From NCBI RefSeq assembly GCF_000015225.1, contig NC_008698.1, positions 840,001-872,000 on the forward strand: a DNA stretch of 32,000 nt. The letters are read 5' to 3'. Shown piece after piece: positions 9,510-18,618 of this stretch. The position numbers and the translations under genes are program-made. The notes under the pieces are model-generated. The model saw nothing but the letters and a program-made list of their open reading frames with translations, did not search any database and was not told the DNA's origin. Numbering within the stretch: the stretch's first letter is position 1; every line of letters starts with the position of its first letter. The stretch comes from Thermofilum pendens Hrk 5 (GTDB taxonomy: Archaea; Thermoproteota; Thermoprotei; Thermofilales; Thermofilaceae).

Positions 9510-10469
9510 GTGAAGTACGCCGTAGCAGTGGATATAGGCGCTACGCAGACCCGCGTAGCCCTCGGGAACGACGAGGGGGAGATTCTAGAGCTCCACGTCT
9601 TCAAGACGTCTTCCTTCCCCGGGCCCGACGAGTACCTGCGCCACATAGCCGGCTTGGCTTTAAGCCTAGAGAAAAAGCACGGCGTGGAAGTAGAGGGTAT
9701 AGGGGTGGGATCTCCGGGCCCCCTCGACATGAAGAAGGGGGAGGTACTCAAATCCGTGAACATGCCTTTCGATAGGCTACCCGTAGTCTCCGCCCTGAAG
9801 TCCCTGACGGGGAAGAAAGTGGCTTTTGCGAACGACGCGGTGACGGCGGCGGTTGGGGAGAAGTACTGGGGCGCGGGGAGGGGGTTGGAGAACCTGGTCT
9901 ACGTCACTATAAGCACGGGGATAGGCGCTGGGATCTACGTCGACGGGGAGCTCCTCCTCGGCAAGCACGGGAACGCCCACGAAGTAGGCCACGTCGTCGT
10001 CGACTCGGGGGAAGAGATGACGTGTGGTTGCGGCAAGAAGGGACACTGGGAGGCCTACTGCTCCGGGTCCGGCATACCCAGGTACGCGAAGTTCCTGGCG
10101 GCCAGAAACCCCGAGCTCTGGGAGAAGAGCCCCCTCAAGTCCAGGGAGCCCCTCACGGCTAAAGACGTATTCGACGCGTTCCGGGAGGGCGACGCGCTGG
10201 CAAGGCTTGTTATGGAGAGAGTTAGGAAGTTCAACGCGTACGGGTTCGCGGTGCTCGTCAACGTGTACGACCCCGAGATAATCACAGTGGGTGGATCGGT
10301 CGCCCTGAACAACCCGGACGTCCTGCTCGCCGGGCTGAAGGAGGAGGTCGAGAAGTACGCTTTAAACGTGGTTCCTGAGATCAGGCTGACCCCGCTCGGA
10401 GACAAGATAGGGGTTCTGGGAGCGCTGGCGCTGGGCCTCGGCCTCGAAAAGAAGGTCCCCCTCGTTTAA
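9510..10469 (+). CDS. ROK-family glucokinase/hexokinase
   Basis: 319 aa with a GTG start preceded by AGGTGGGAG. It has the ATP-binding VAVDIGATQTRVAL motif, the ROK signature region, and the Cys motif CGCGKKGHWEAYCSG. Confidence 0.85.
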   Translation: MKYAVAVDIGATQTRVALGNDEGEILELHVFKTSSFPGPDEYLRHIAGLALSLEKKHGVEVEGIGVGSPGPLDMKKGEVLKSVNMPFDRLPVVSALKSLTGKKVAFANDAVTAAVGEKYWGAGRGLENLVYVTISTGIGAGIYVDGELLLGKHGNAHEVGHVVVDSGEEMTCGCGKKGHWEAYCSGSGIPRYAKFLAARNPELWEKSPLKSREPLTAKDVFDAFREGDALARLVMERVRKFNAYGFAVLVNVYDPEIITVGGSVALNNPDVLLAGLKEEVEKYALNVVPEIRLTPLGDKIGVLGALALGLGLEKKVPLV

Positions 10470-10475
10470 CACGCG

Positions 10476-11918
10476 CTATGCCCGCGTGAGGATCCACCTG
10501 GTTTTCTCTCCTTGGTCCATCAACTGCACTCCAAGCGAGCTGAGCTTACTCCTTATGTAGTCGGCCAGCTCGTAGTTCTTTTGCTCTCGGAGCTTAGCCC
10601 TCACCTCAACTATTAAGTCTAGGAGCTCGTCCACTGGGAGCACCTCGGCGGCGCCGAGGGCCAAGTCCTCGTCGAGGACTCCCAGGACTCTGTTGAACTC
10701 CTCGAAGAGCCTTAGAGCCCTGAGCACGAGGAGGTACGTGGGCTTCGCCGAGACCTGGGAGTAGACTAGGCCCGTAAGCTTCATGACAGCGGCGAAGGCA
10801 CCGCTAGCGTTGAAGTCGTCGTCCATGCTTGCGTAGAACTCTCTCCGGGCGTCGAGCATTTCCCTGAATACGCCGAGCTCCCAGTCGCTTAGACGGCCCT
10901 CGGGCTCCACCTCTTTGGCGAGGTTCTTGAGCAGTTGTACCGCCCCCCTTAGCCTCTGGAGGTTGCTCTTAGCCTGCTCGAGGACCTCGTCCGAGAACTG
11001 TAGCACCGTCCTGTAGTGCGCGGTGGCGAGCCAAAGCCTAACGACCAGAGGGTCGTAGGACCTGAAGAGGTCCCTCAGGGGGACGATGTTCTTCAGGCTC
11101 TTGCTCATTTTCTCGCCGCGCACTTGTAGCATACCCGTGTGCATCCAGTACTTAACCCAAGGCTTCTCCCCGAAGAGCGCCTCGCTCTGCGCCCTCTCGT
11201 TCTCGTGGTGCGGGAATATGAGGTCTGTGCCTCCCCCGTGGATATCGAACCTCCTCCCCAGGTACTTCGAGGACATCACCGAACACTCAATATGCCAACC
11301 CGGCCTGCCGGGACCCCAAGGCGAGTCCCAGTAGGGTTCCCCGGGTTTACGGGCCTTCCAGAGGGCGAAGTCGTAGGGGTTCTTCTTCTCCGAGGCGAAC
11401 TCCTCCTGGGACCACATCTTCTTGTCGAGTCTCCCGCTGAGCCTCCCGTAGTCCGGGTACGTGTCGACGTCGAAGTACACGCTACCGGAGGGAGCTACGT
11501 AGGCGTGCCCCGAGTCTATCAGTTTCTGGACGAAGTCTATGATCTCGGATATGTGCTCCGTGACCCTCGGGTGGACGTCCACAAGGACCCTGAGTTTCTG
11601 CAAGGCTTCGAGGTAGTCCTTCGTGTACTCGTCGACTATCTCCCTCCAGTCCCTCCCCTCGTCCCTAGCCCTGTTAATTATCTTGTCGTCTATGTCCGTG
11701 ATGTTCTGAACGTGGACAACGTCGTAGCCCCTCAGCCTGAGATACCTCTTGATAACGTCGAAAGCCACGTAAGTGCGCGCGTGCCCCACGTGGGAGTAAT
11801 CGTAGACAGTAGGGCCGCACACGTAGATAGAGACCCTTCCCTCCTCGACCGGCTCGAAAACTTCCAAGGAACGGCTAAGCGTGTTATACACGCGAAGCAC
11901 GGGAACCCCCGAGAGCAT
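10476..11918 (-). CDS. cysS: cysteine--tRNA ligase
   Basis: 480 aa. The class I motifs HVGHARTY (HIGH) and KMSKS are both present. The start could instead be GTG 11900 (MLRVYNTL...), which aligns better with typical CysRS N-termini and with the shared TATATA box at 11932-11937. Confidence 0.95.
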
Positions 11919-11959
11919 AAAGCGCTACAGGTATATATCTCTCGCGTCGAGTCGAAGCT

Positions 11960-12850
11960 GTGCGCCTCAAGGTAGTCGAGAGTCTAAGGTCTGCTTTACG
12001 CTCAGCAGGCTGCCCCGTCGTGGTCGACGATGTGGGCGCGCGTGTCGCGGAGGAGCTCGGCTTGGAGAACGTTCTGCGCGTAGACAGCGCGGATCTGGTG
12101 GGCTTAGAGAAGGTTCACGCGGCCATACACGAGTCCGGCGCACGGAGGATTGTGGGGCTCGGGGGTTTACCGGCCGTTAACGCCGCGAAGGTGCTCGCCT
12201 CTCCCAGGCTGAGGGGCAAGTCCTTGCGCGAGGTGTACTACGACGAGAGAAAGCCCGCGGTGGAGGTTCTCCTGGTGCCGCTCGAACCCGCCTACTGCAC
12301 CGACCTCAGCGACCTCGTGCTCGTCTACGACTCGAAGATCCCGGCGTGGCTCGTGAGGAGAGCCTACGGAAACACCTACGTGGCTACGTTCGCATACCTC
12401 GAGGAGGCTGGAAGAAGCCCCAGAACAAGGGTAGTCGTAAGGGACATGTCTCTCGCCGGTTACAGCGACGTAGACCCGGGGGAATCCTACGTGTCGCTGT
12501 GTAGCATCTACGAGGGGCGTGCCCCGGGACCGCTACTGATAGCAGCGATGACGCTCTCGTCGATCCTTGGATGGAGCTTGGACGGCGCGGTGGAAGCTGT
12601 CGCGGGCGCCAAGTTCGAGGAAGCCCTCAAGGAAGCATTCGAACAAGAGAACCCGGAGTCGTGGTTAGAGAAGGAGATGAGGCTTAGGAGGGCGCAGCCG
12701 AGGCTCTGGAAAAGGGTCGACCTACTCGTGGAGCACGCGTGGACATTTTACAGCCTAAGGCTCAGGTCGCTCGGCTTCCGGGGAAAGGTAGAAGTCTACA
12801 AGCTCTTCAGGTCGCTTCTGTCCTCCTTACCAGCCGTAGGAACTCCTTGA
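11960..12850 (+). CDS. hypothetical protein, possibly a degenerate dehydroquinate-synthase/Fe-ADH-like fold
   Basis: 296 aa with a GTG start 25 nt downstream of the TATATA centre. The segment RIVGLGGLPAVNAAKVLA resembles the GGGSxxDxAK nucleotide-binding loop of that superfamily, but I could not find the metal-binding His cluster. Confidence 0.5.
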   Translation: MRLKVVESLRSALRSAGCPVVVDDVGARVAEELGLENVLRVDSADLVGLEKVHAAIHESGARRIVGLGGLPAVNAAKVLASPRLRGKSLREVYYDERKPAVEVLLVPLEPAYCTDLSDLVLVYDSKIPAWLVRRAYGNTYVATFAYLEEAGRSPRTRVVVRDMSLAGYSDVDPGESYVSLCSIYEGRAPGPLLIAAMTLSSILGWSLDGAVEAVAGAKFEEALKEAFEQENPESWLEKEMRLRRAQPRLWKRVDLLVEHAWTFYSLRLRSLGFRGKVEVYKLFRSLLSSLPAVGTP

Positions 12851-13565
12851 CCCTTGGAGTGGAGGGGGAGTCGAGAATCTGTTGAGCGGGCCCCTCCTCT
12901 ATTATCCTACCGTGCTCCATGATGACTATCCTGTCCGCCGCCTCCCGGGCAAAGTCCAGCTCATGCGTCACGGCGAGCATAGCGATACCCTGCTTCGCTA
13001 CTTCGAGGAGCACGTCGAGAACCTCGCCCTTCAACTCCGGGTCTAGAGCGGACGTCGGCTCGTCTAGGAAGAGGATCACCGGGTCCATCGCGAGCGCCCT
13101 CGCTATAGCCACCCTTTGTTGCTGCCCGCCGCTGAGCTGTAAGGGGTACTTCTCCTCGAAGCCCGCCAGCCCTACTTGCCTGAGTAGCGAGGCGGCCTTT
13201 TCCCGAGCCCTAGCCTTATCGTAGCCCTTAACGATCCTGAGCGGTAATGCCACGTTGTCTATCACCTTCATGTGGGGGAACAGGTTGTAGCTTTGGAACA
13301 CGAACCCCGTCTTAGCCCTTGCCTTCCTGAGGTCCACGCGCCCAGACGTAAGCTCCTCCCCGTCCAGCCACACTCTACCCTTCCAGGGCTTTACAAGCAG
13401 CACTGCGACCTTCAGTAGCGTGCTCTTACCGCTCCCGGAGGGGCCCATCACGACTACTTTCTCGCCGCGCCTCACGGAGAGCGACACACCCCTGATGACG
13501 GGCGTACCCTCGTATCCCGCCTCTATATCCTCGAGCACCAGGATCTCGTCGCGCATTTCAGGCAC
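12807..13565 (-). CDS. polar amino-acid ABC transporter, ATP-binding protein
   Basis: 252 aa. It has Walker A GPSGSGKST, signature LSGGQQQRVAIARAL and Walker B ILFLDEPTSALD, and is GlnQ/HisP-like overall. Confidence 0.93.
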   Translation of the reverse strand: MPEMRDEILVLEDIEAGYEGTPVIRGVSLSVRRGEKVVVMGPSGSGKSTLLKVAVLLVKPWKGRVWLDGEELTSGRVDLRKARAKTGFVFQSYNLFPHMKVIDNVALPLRIVKGYDKARAREKAASLLRQVGLAGFEEKYPLQLSGGQQQRVAIARALAMDPVILFLDEPTSALDPELKGEVLDVLLEVAKQGIAMLAVTHELDFAREAADRIVIMEHGRIIEEGPAQQILDSPSTPRVKEFLRLVRRTEAT

Positions 13566-14214
13566 CCGTGTAGCCGGGTATTCTTATCTTCTCCTCTATC
13601 CTCCTCGAGAGGTAGGATATCAGGTAGCACACGGCGAAGTAGATAGCCGCTACGACCAGGTAGGATTCAAGCGCCCTGTAGGTATACGCGGCGACGTACT
13701 CGCCCCTCCTCGTAAGCTCGACTATGCCTATAACCGAGGCGAGCGAGCTCTCCTTTACTACCGTCACGAACTCGTTGACCAAGGAGGGTATCGAGATCCG
13801 AAGGGCCTGGGGAAGTATGACGTACCTGTAAACCTGGGACCCGGAGAACCCCAGCGACTCTGCCGATAGTATCTGCACATCGGGGATGCTCTTCAGCGCA
13901 GACCTAAAGATCTCGGCCTGATACGCGGCGCTGTTCAGCCCAAGCGCGAGAAAGCTGGAAGTGAACGCGTCCAGCTTTATCCCGATCGAGGGTAGCCCGA
14001 AGTAGATCAGGAGTAGCTGTACTAGTAGGGGTGTCCCCCTCACAGGCTCGATGTACATCCTGGCCAGCGGCCGGAGGCTCGTGAGGCTCAGTCCTAGAAG
14101 CGCTATGCCGAGCGCTAGCCCCAGCAGGAACGATATCACCGATATCTGCAGGGTGACGACAACGCCTTCCGCTATGAAAGGCGTATACTCGTACACGAAG
14201 TCCAGTAAACCCAA
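13558..14214 (-). CDS. polar amino-acid ABC transporter, permease
   Basis: 218 aa, multi-TM, HisM/GlnP-like. It has an EAA-type loop (AESLGFSGSQVYRYVILPQALRISIPSLVNEF). Its stop overlaps the ATPase start by 8 nt. Confidence 0.9.
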   Translation of the reverse strand: MGLLDFVYEYTPFIAEGVVVTLQISVISFLLGLALGIALLGLSLTSLRPLARMYIEPVRGTPLLVQLLLIYFGLPSIGIKLDAFTSSFLALGLNSAAYQAEIFRSALKSIPDVQILSAESLGFSGSQVYRYVILPQALRISIPSLVNEFVTVVKESSLASVIGIVELTRRGEYVAAYTYRALESYLVVAAIYFAVCYLISYLSRRIEEKIRIPGYTGA

Positions 14215-14265
14215 CTCTGCTCACCGCGAGAGAAAAATGAGGGAGTTTTTAAGGGTAGCGCGCGC

Positions 14266-15105
14266 CTAGCTCGAAGACAGCCACTTAAGGATCTCTTGCT
14301 GGAATATCTTGTTCATCTCTCCGGACTCGAGGAGCTTCTCTATGACGCTGTTAACGACGTACTTCAGGTCTTCGGCTCCCTGAGGCACCGCGACGGCTCC
14401 GCCTATAGTCGGTATGCTGACGTACGTTGCTATCTTCAGCGAGGGCTCCTTCGTTATCAGAGCTTCCGCTATCTTATCTCCCACTATCATCGCGTCTATG
14501 TCTCCTCTCTGCAGAGCCCAAACCATCTCCGGGTACACCCTATCGTAAGACTTTATCTCCGCCTTACCCTTCAAGTTGTTGTTAGCCCAATCCTCCTGGA
14601 TCGTGCCGAGCTGAACGCCTATCTTTTTGCCGTAGAGATCCTGCTCGGACTTTATATCCGACTTCGCAGTCGTTATCACCGCGTAACCCTTGCTGGTGTA
14701 GTACGGGATAGAGAAGTCTACGACTTTCTCCCTCTCCGCGGTGGGAGTCATGTCTGCGATCACTATGTCGACATCACCGTTCTTCAAAGCCTCGATAAGC
14801 GCGGCGAACTTCATGTCCTTAATCTCTAGCTGTACTCCGAGCTCCTGCGCTATTCTCTTGGCTATCTCTATGTCTATTCCAGCGTAGTTACCATTCTTGT
14901 CCACGTACTCAAATGGAGGCCAGTCCGCGGAAGTCCCGACAATCAGTTTACCGCGAGCTTTAATCTTATCGACATAGCTTACTGTCTGTGTCGTCGAGGC
15001 TGAATGCCATAGGAAGTACCCTAGGCTCGTTCCAAGCAGTAGTCCTACGGCGAACACTGCGAGGAACTTTGCTATACTCCCTAAAGTCTTTTTATCTATG
15101 CTCAT
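14266..15105 (-). CDS. polar amino-acid ABC transporter, substrate-binding protein (family 3), N-terminally membrane-anchored
   Basis: 279 aa. An N-terminal TM segment (FLAVFAVGLLLGTSLGYFLW) is followed by a PBPb-like domain (GTSADWPPFEY...DIVIADMTPTAEREKVVDFSIPYY). Confidence 0.9.
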   Translation of the reverse strand: MSIDKKTLGSIAKFLAVFAVGLLLGTSLGYFLWHSASTTQTVSYVDKIKARGKLIVGTSADWPPFEYVDKNGNYAGIDIEIAKRIAQELGVQLEIKDMKFAALIEALKNGDVDIVIADMTPTAEREKVVDFSIPYYTSKGYAVITTAKSDIKSEQDLYGKKIGVQLGTIQEDWANNNLKGKAEIKSYDRVYPEMVWALQRGDIDAMIVGDKIAEALITKEPSLKIATYVSIPTIGGAVAVPQGAEDLKYVVNSVIEKLLESGEMNKIFQQEILKWLSSS

Positions 15106-15240
15106 GGTTATCGGAAAGCTTTTTAGAAACTACCCGTTATAAGCTTTTCTGTTTATTAAAGAAAATTTAATGATGAAAAATAATTGATATTTTAGATTTT
15201 CTTAAAAACGCTTATAAAGCTAGACGGAGACGCGACCACA
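15106..15240. promoter_or_regulatory. AT-rich divergent promoter region with two GCTTATAA boxes
   Basis: On the minus strand, GCTTATAACG at 15135-15144 serves the ABC binding-protein gene. On the plus strand, GCTTATAAAG at 15210-15219 serves the ACT-like gene. About 64 nt of very AT-rich sequence lies between them and includes the inverted TTTTCT/AGAAAA pair. Confidence 0.55.
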
Positions 15241-15927
15241 ATGTCTAGACAGGCGGGAGTATCCTACTATGTGAAGAACGCCCTGCTCGCCAGGCCGTAC
15301 ATCCTGGTGGCCATCCAGCAGGGGATAGTCAACTACTCTGCCCTCGCAAAGTTGCTCCACGCCGACATAGAGAAGATGGCTGGTAGAAAGTTCACCGAGA
15401 TATCGGTGAAGATGGCGGTACTCAGGGTTTCGAAGTCCCTCTTAGAGGCTGTACCCCCTACCCACAGGCTTTCAAGAGTGCTCGCAAACAGCTCCCTCAA
15501 GGTCGTCCAAGACGTTGGAGTGCTCTCGGTAACGCGCGAGGGATTCGAAAAGCTGACCAGTTTTCTCCCGATCGGTAGCCGGGGGAAGACTCCCCAGCTC
15601 TTCCACGTGGTCCAGGGGGCTTCGGCTGTCACGGTGATAGCAGACGAACCCGTGGTGGCATCTCTGTACTCTAAGGCTAGCCCGGAGACCGTGCTACAGT
15701 ACCTTCGCAACCAAGCCGCCGTCATCCTGACAGGTCCTCCCGAGATACTCACAACGCCGGGAGTAGTCTCGCTGATATCCCTCAGCGTCGCCGTAAGGGG
15801 GGTGAACCTCACGGAGATAGTGTCATGCCACCGCGACATCGTGCTCATAGTCAACGGGAGCGACGTAGCGCTCGCCTTCGAGACCCTGAGATCCCTGGTA
15901 GAATTCGCTAAGACAGAGCAAGCCTGA
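15241..15927 (+). CDS. hypothetical protein with a C-terminal ACT-like domain (putative small-molecule-binding regulator)
   Basis: 228 aa. It appears leaderless, with CTTATAAAG centred about 26 nt upstream. The C-terminal pattern TPGVVSLISLSVAVRGVNLTEIVSCHRDIVLIVNGSDVALAFETLRSLVE matches the ACT beta-alpha-beta-beta-alpha-beta consensus by eye. Confidence 0.55.
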   Translation: MSRQAGVSYYVKNALLARPYILVAIQQGIVNYSALAKLLHADIEKMAGRKFTEISVKMAVLRVSKSLLEAVPPTHRLSRVLANSSLKVVQDVGVLSVTREGFEKLTSFLPIGSRGKTPQLFHVVQGASAVTVIADEPVVASLYSKASPETVLQYLRNQAAVILTGPPEILTTPGVVSLISLSVAVRGVNLTEIVSCHRDIVLIVNGSDVALAFETLRSLVEFAKTEQA

Positions 15928-15931
15928 ACAA

Positions 15932-16807
15932 CTACTGACCGGCGCCCCCGCTGCTGCTGGAAGCCTTAAGCGCGGCTAGAACCTCGTCCGCTAGCTTGTA
16001 GAAGCTCTTTGCGGCCTCTGAGTCGGGGTATGCTAGGACGAAGGGTACCCCGTTATCCGCCGACTCGTTGATCCGGGGGTCTAGGGGTATCTCAGCTAGT
16101 ACCCTCACGTTCATCTCCTCCGAGAGCCTCTCGGCGCCGCTCTTGCCGAAGATGTAGTGCTTCGTGCCGCAGACAGGGCAGACGAAGTAAGCCATGTTCT
16201 TTACGACCCCCAGCAGGGGCATCTTGACCTGCTTGCAGAAGGTGATAGCCTTCTTCACCACGATCCTGGTGAGGTCGCTCGGAGTCGTGACGACTATAGC
16301 CCCGCTAAGATCCCTAATCAGCTGGGCTATGGTCAGCGGCTCGTCGCCCGTCCCCGGGGGCAGGTCGACCAACAGGAAGTCCAGGGGTCCCCACGCCACC
16401 ATCGATAGGAGCTCCCTGAGAAAAGACGTCTTCAGGGGCCCCCTCCATATGAGCGGGGTGTCCTCTTCCGGGACCATCAAGTCGGCACTCACTATCTTCA
16501 CGTTACCTACGCCGACGACGGGCATTATGCCGCCCGGCCCGGCGTACAGCACCTGGCCGTGAACACCGAACATCTTCGGGATAGACGGTCCGTGTACATC
16601 GGCGTCCAGCACTCCCACCTCGAACCCTTTCTTGGCGAGAGCGGCTGCAAGGTTCGCCGTTACAAGGCTCTTGCCGACACCCCCCTTACCGCTTAGAACC
16701 GCGACCTTGAACTTCACCTGGCTAAGCCTCTGCCTGGCAACCTCCTCCTGCTCTCTAGCCTTCTTCAAAGCCTCAAGCTTTAGTTGCCTTTCCTTCTCGG
16801 CACTCAC
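15932..16807 (-). CDS. Mrp/NBP35/ApbC-family Fe-S cluster carrier ATPase
   Basis: 291 aa with a GTG start. It has the deviant Walker A SGKGGVGKS, the Mrp signature region and a CPVCG motif. Confidence 0.92.
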   Translation of the reverse strand: MSAEKERQLKLEALKKAREQEEVARQRLSQVKFKVAVLSGKGGVGKSLVTANLAAALAKKGFEVGVLDADVHGPSIPKMFGVHGQVLYAGPGGIMPVVGVGNVKIVSADLMVPEEDTPLIWRGPLKTSFLRELLSMVAWGPLDFLLVDLPPGTGDEPLTIAQLIRDLSGAIVVTTPSDLTRIVVKKAITFCKQVKMPLLGVVKNMAYFVCPVCGTKHYIFGKSGAERLSEEMNVRVLAEIPLDPRINESADNGVPFVLAYPDSEAAKSFYKLADEVLAALKASSSSGGAGQ

Positions 16808-16864
16808 AGAGCGAGGAGGTAGAGAAGATCTATATATTTGTTATGACAACGGAAAAGGTCTCTT

Positions 16865-17419
16865 CTACGCGAAGAAAGTTAGCCACAGAGCGGGGGCGAG
16901 CAGAGCGAGCCATACGGCGAGGTTCCACTCCGCTATTTTCTTCCCGTCGAGGGGCCCGAAGGGTACGAGGTTAAACAGCGCGATCCAGCCGCTCAGGCTT
17001 GCCACCGAGGAGGCGAGGCTACCCCCGCTCCACAGCGCTACTAGCCCGAGCACGATGTTCGTCGCAGGACCCGCCGCGGAGATGATCCCGTTCCTGCGCT
17101 TGTCTATTAGCGGCGCGTATATGTAGACAGTTCCGGGGGCGATGAGCTTGAGTGGAATACCGGGTATCGCGGTGACCAGGGTTAGGAGGAAGAGCTCCTT
17201 GACTATCGAGTACTTAGCCGGGTACCCGTAGTACTGCGCTATGAACTTGTGCGCAAGCTCGTGCGGCACGTAGGCGAGAAACGCGAGCGCGAACAGCACG
17301 AGGGCCCCCGCCAGGGTTAACCTCGGGAGATACGGCGCGGCGAATACCAGGAAGACGGCTATCGTGGAGAGAAGTAGCTCTAGCAGCTCGCCCCTGTAGA
17401 AGAGCGGGTAGCTCCGCAT
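16865..17419 (-). CDS. membrane metalloprotease, M50/site-2-protease-like
   Basis: Polytopic membrane protein with HELAHK (HExxH) and NLVPFGPLDG (the S2P NxxPxxxxDG motif). I prefer ATG 17419 over GTG 17443 because the TATA-like GGTTTAAG abuts the GTG. Confidence 0.75.
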   Translation of the reverse strand: MRSYPLFYRGELLELLLSTIAVFLVFAAPYLPRLTLAGALVLFALAFLAYVPHELAHKFIAQYYGYPAKYSIVKELFLLTLVTAIPGIPLKLIAPGTVYIYAPLIDKRRNGIISAAGPATNIVLGLVALWSGGSLASSVASLSGWIALFNLVPFGPLDGKKIAEWNLAVWLALLAPALWLTFFA

Positions 17420-17528
17420 GGGGCTAAACACCTGCGTGCACACTTAAACCTAGCGCCGTTATCTGTGCGTGATTACCGGCGCTCAAAAAAGCGGTAGCTT
17501 TAAAACGCTTAGAGGAGGAACTCTACGC

Positions 17529-18611
17529 GTGAAGCTGACGAGAAGGCAGTTCCTGGCATCGCTGGGCGCGGCCGCCGCGCTTGCCAGCATAGGGGCGTAC
17601 TACTGGATCTTCCCGAAGCGCGAGGAAAGGGTGCTAAGGGTCTACAACTACAGCGCGTACATAAACCCGGACATTATAAAGGATTTTGAGTCCAAGTACG
17701 GCGTGAAGGTAATCTACGACGAGTACGAGTCCGCCGAAGAGGCCTACGCGAAGCTCCAGCTAGGGGGAGGCGGCTACGACGTCATAGTGCTCACCGACCA
17801 GTACGTCCCCCAAGCGGTGAAGAAGGGTTTAGTGGCCCAGCTGGACAAAACGCGTATACCCAACCTAGGCAACGTGGACAGAGTTTTCTTCGAGAACAAC
17901 TTCGACCCCGGCCTCAGGTACGCTGTTCCCTACGCGTGGGGTACGACAGGCATAGGCGTTAACAGGGACTACGTGGCGGAGGGCGAGATCGAAGGGTACG
18001 AGCAACTCTTCGACACGAAAGTCTTCCTGCCGAGGCACAAGGGAAAGGTCTCCATGCTGGAAGAGTTCCTCGAAGTCGTCAACGCGGCGAAGCTCTACCT
18101 GGGCATACCGCTGAACGACTGGTCCGAGGAGAGCAAGCAACGCATCATAGAGCTACTTAGGGAGCAACGCGACTTCCTCGCCGGCTACTACGGCGCTAGC
18201 GTCTACATACCGGCGCTCGCGAAGGGCGACCTCCACGCCGCTCACGCGTGGAGCGGGGACGTCGTGCAGGCTCAAAGCGAGAACAAGTCCGTAGAGTACG
18301 TTCTGCCGAAAGAAGGCGCGTTCGTGTGGATCGACTTCATGGTGATACCGGTCAACGCGAGGTCGCCGGACCTGGCGTACGAGTGGATAAACTTCCTCCT
18401 GGACCCGGCGGTTGCCGCGAAGAACTCCTCCTACACCTACTACCCGAGCCCCGTGAAGAGAGAGTTACTCGAAGGGCTTATAGGCAAGGACGTGCTGGAG
18501 AACCCCGCCGTCTACCCGCCGAGCGGGACAAAGCTCGTGCAGACTTACCCGTTGGACGAAAGCGCCCTCAAAGTAGTCGAGGAGATAAGCACGGCTGTAA
18601 AGAGGGTGTAG
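17529..18611 (+). CDS. potD: spermidine/putrescine-type ABC substrate-binding protein with a twin-arginine signal
   Basis: It is PotD/PotF-like throughout (RVYNYSAYINPDIIKDFESKYGVKVIYDEYES...). I prefer GTG 17529 because TTTAAAA at 17499-17505 sits about 26 nt upstream. The N-terminus then reads MKLTRRQFLASLGAAAALA, a consensus Tat motif. Confidence 0.85.
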   Translation: MKLTRRQFLASLGAAAALASIGAYYWIFPKREERVLRVYNYSAYINPDIIKDFESKYGVKVIYDEYESAEEAYAKLQLGGGGYDVIVLTDQYVPQAVKKGLVAQLDKTRIPNLGNVDRVFFENNFDPGLRYAVPYAWGTTGIGVNRDYVAEGEIEGYEQLFDTKVFLPRHKGKVSMLEEFLEVVNAAKLYLGIPLNDWSEESKQRIIELLREQRDFLAGYYGASVYIPALAKGDLHAAHAWSGDVVQAQSENKSVEYVLPKEGAFVWIDFMVIPVNARSPDLAYEWINFLLDPAVAAKNSSYTYYPSPVKRELLEGLIGKDVLENPAVYPPSGTKLVQTYPLDESALKVVEEISTAVKRV

Positions 18612-18618
18612 CAGGCTA

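Noticed and set aside
11139-11975. Long alternative-frame or antisense ORFs inside confident genes. These include 11139-11975 within cysS, 7427-8047, 5709-6287, 20729-21124, 25134-25532, 23201-23653 and 16194-16562.
   Set aside because: Each lies wholly within, or antisense to, a gene with clear family motifs. Their translations are Arg/Pro/Gly-rich low-complexity sequence, characteristic of off-frame GC-rich DNA.
15170-15176. An ATGATGA (C-box-like) sequence in the AT-rich spacer, considered as a possible C/D box sRNA.
   Set aside because: No CTGA D or D' box and no terminal stem are found within the expected 50-70 nt. The sequence is better explained as part of an AT-rich divergent promoter.
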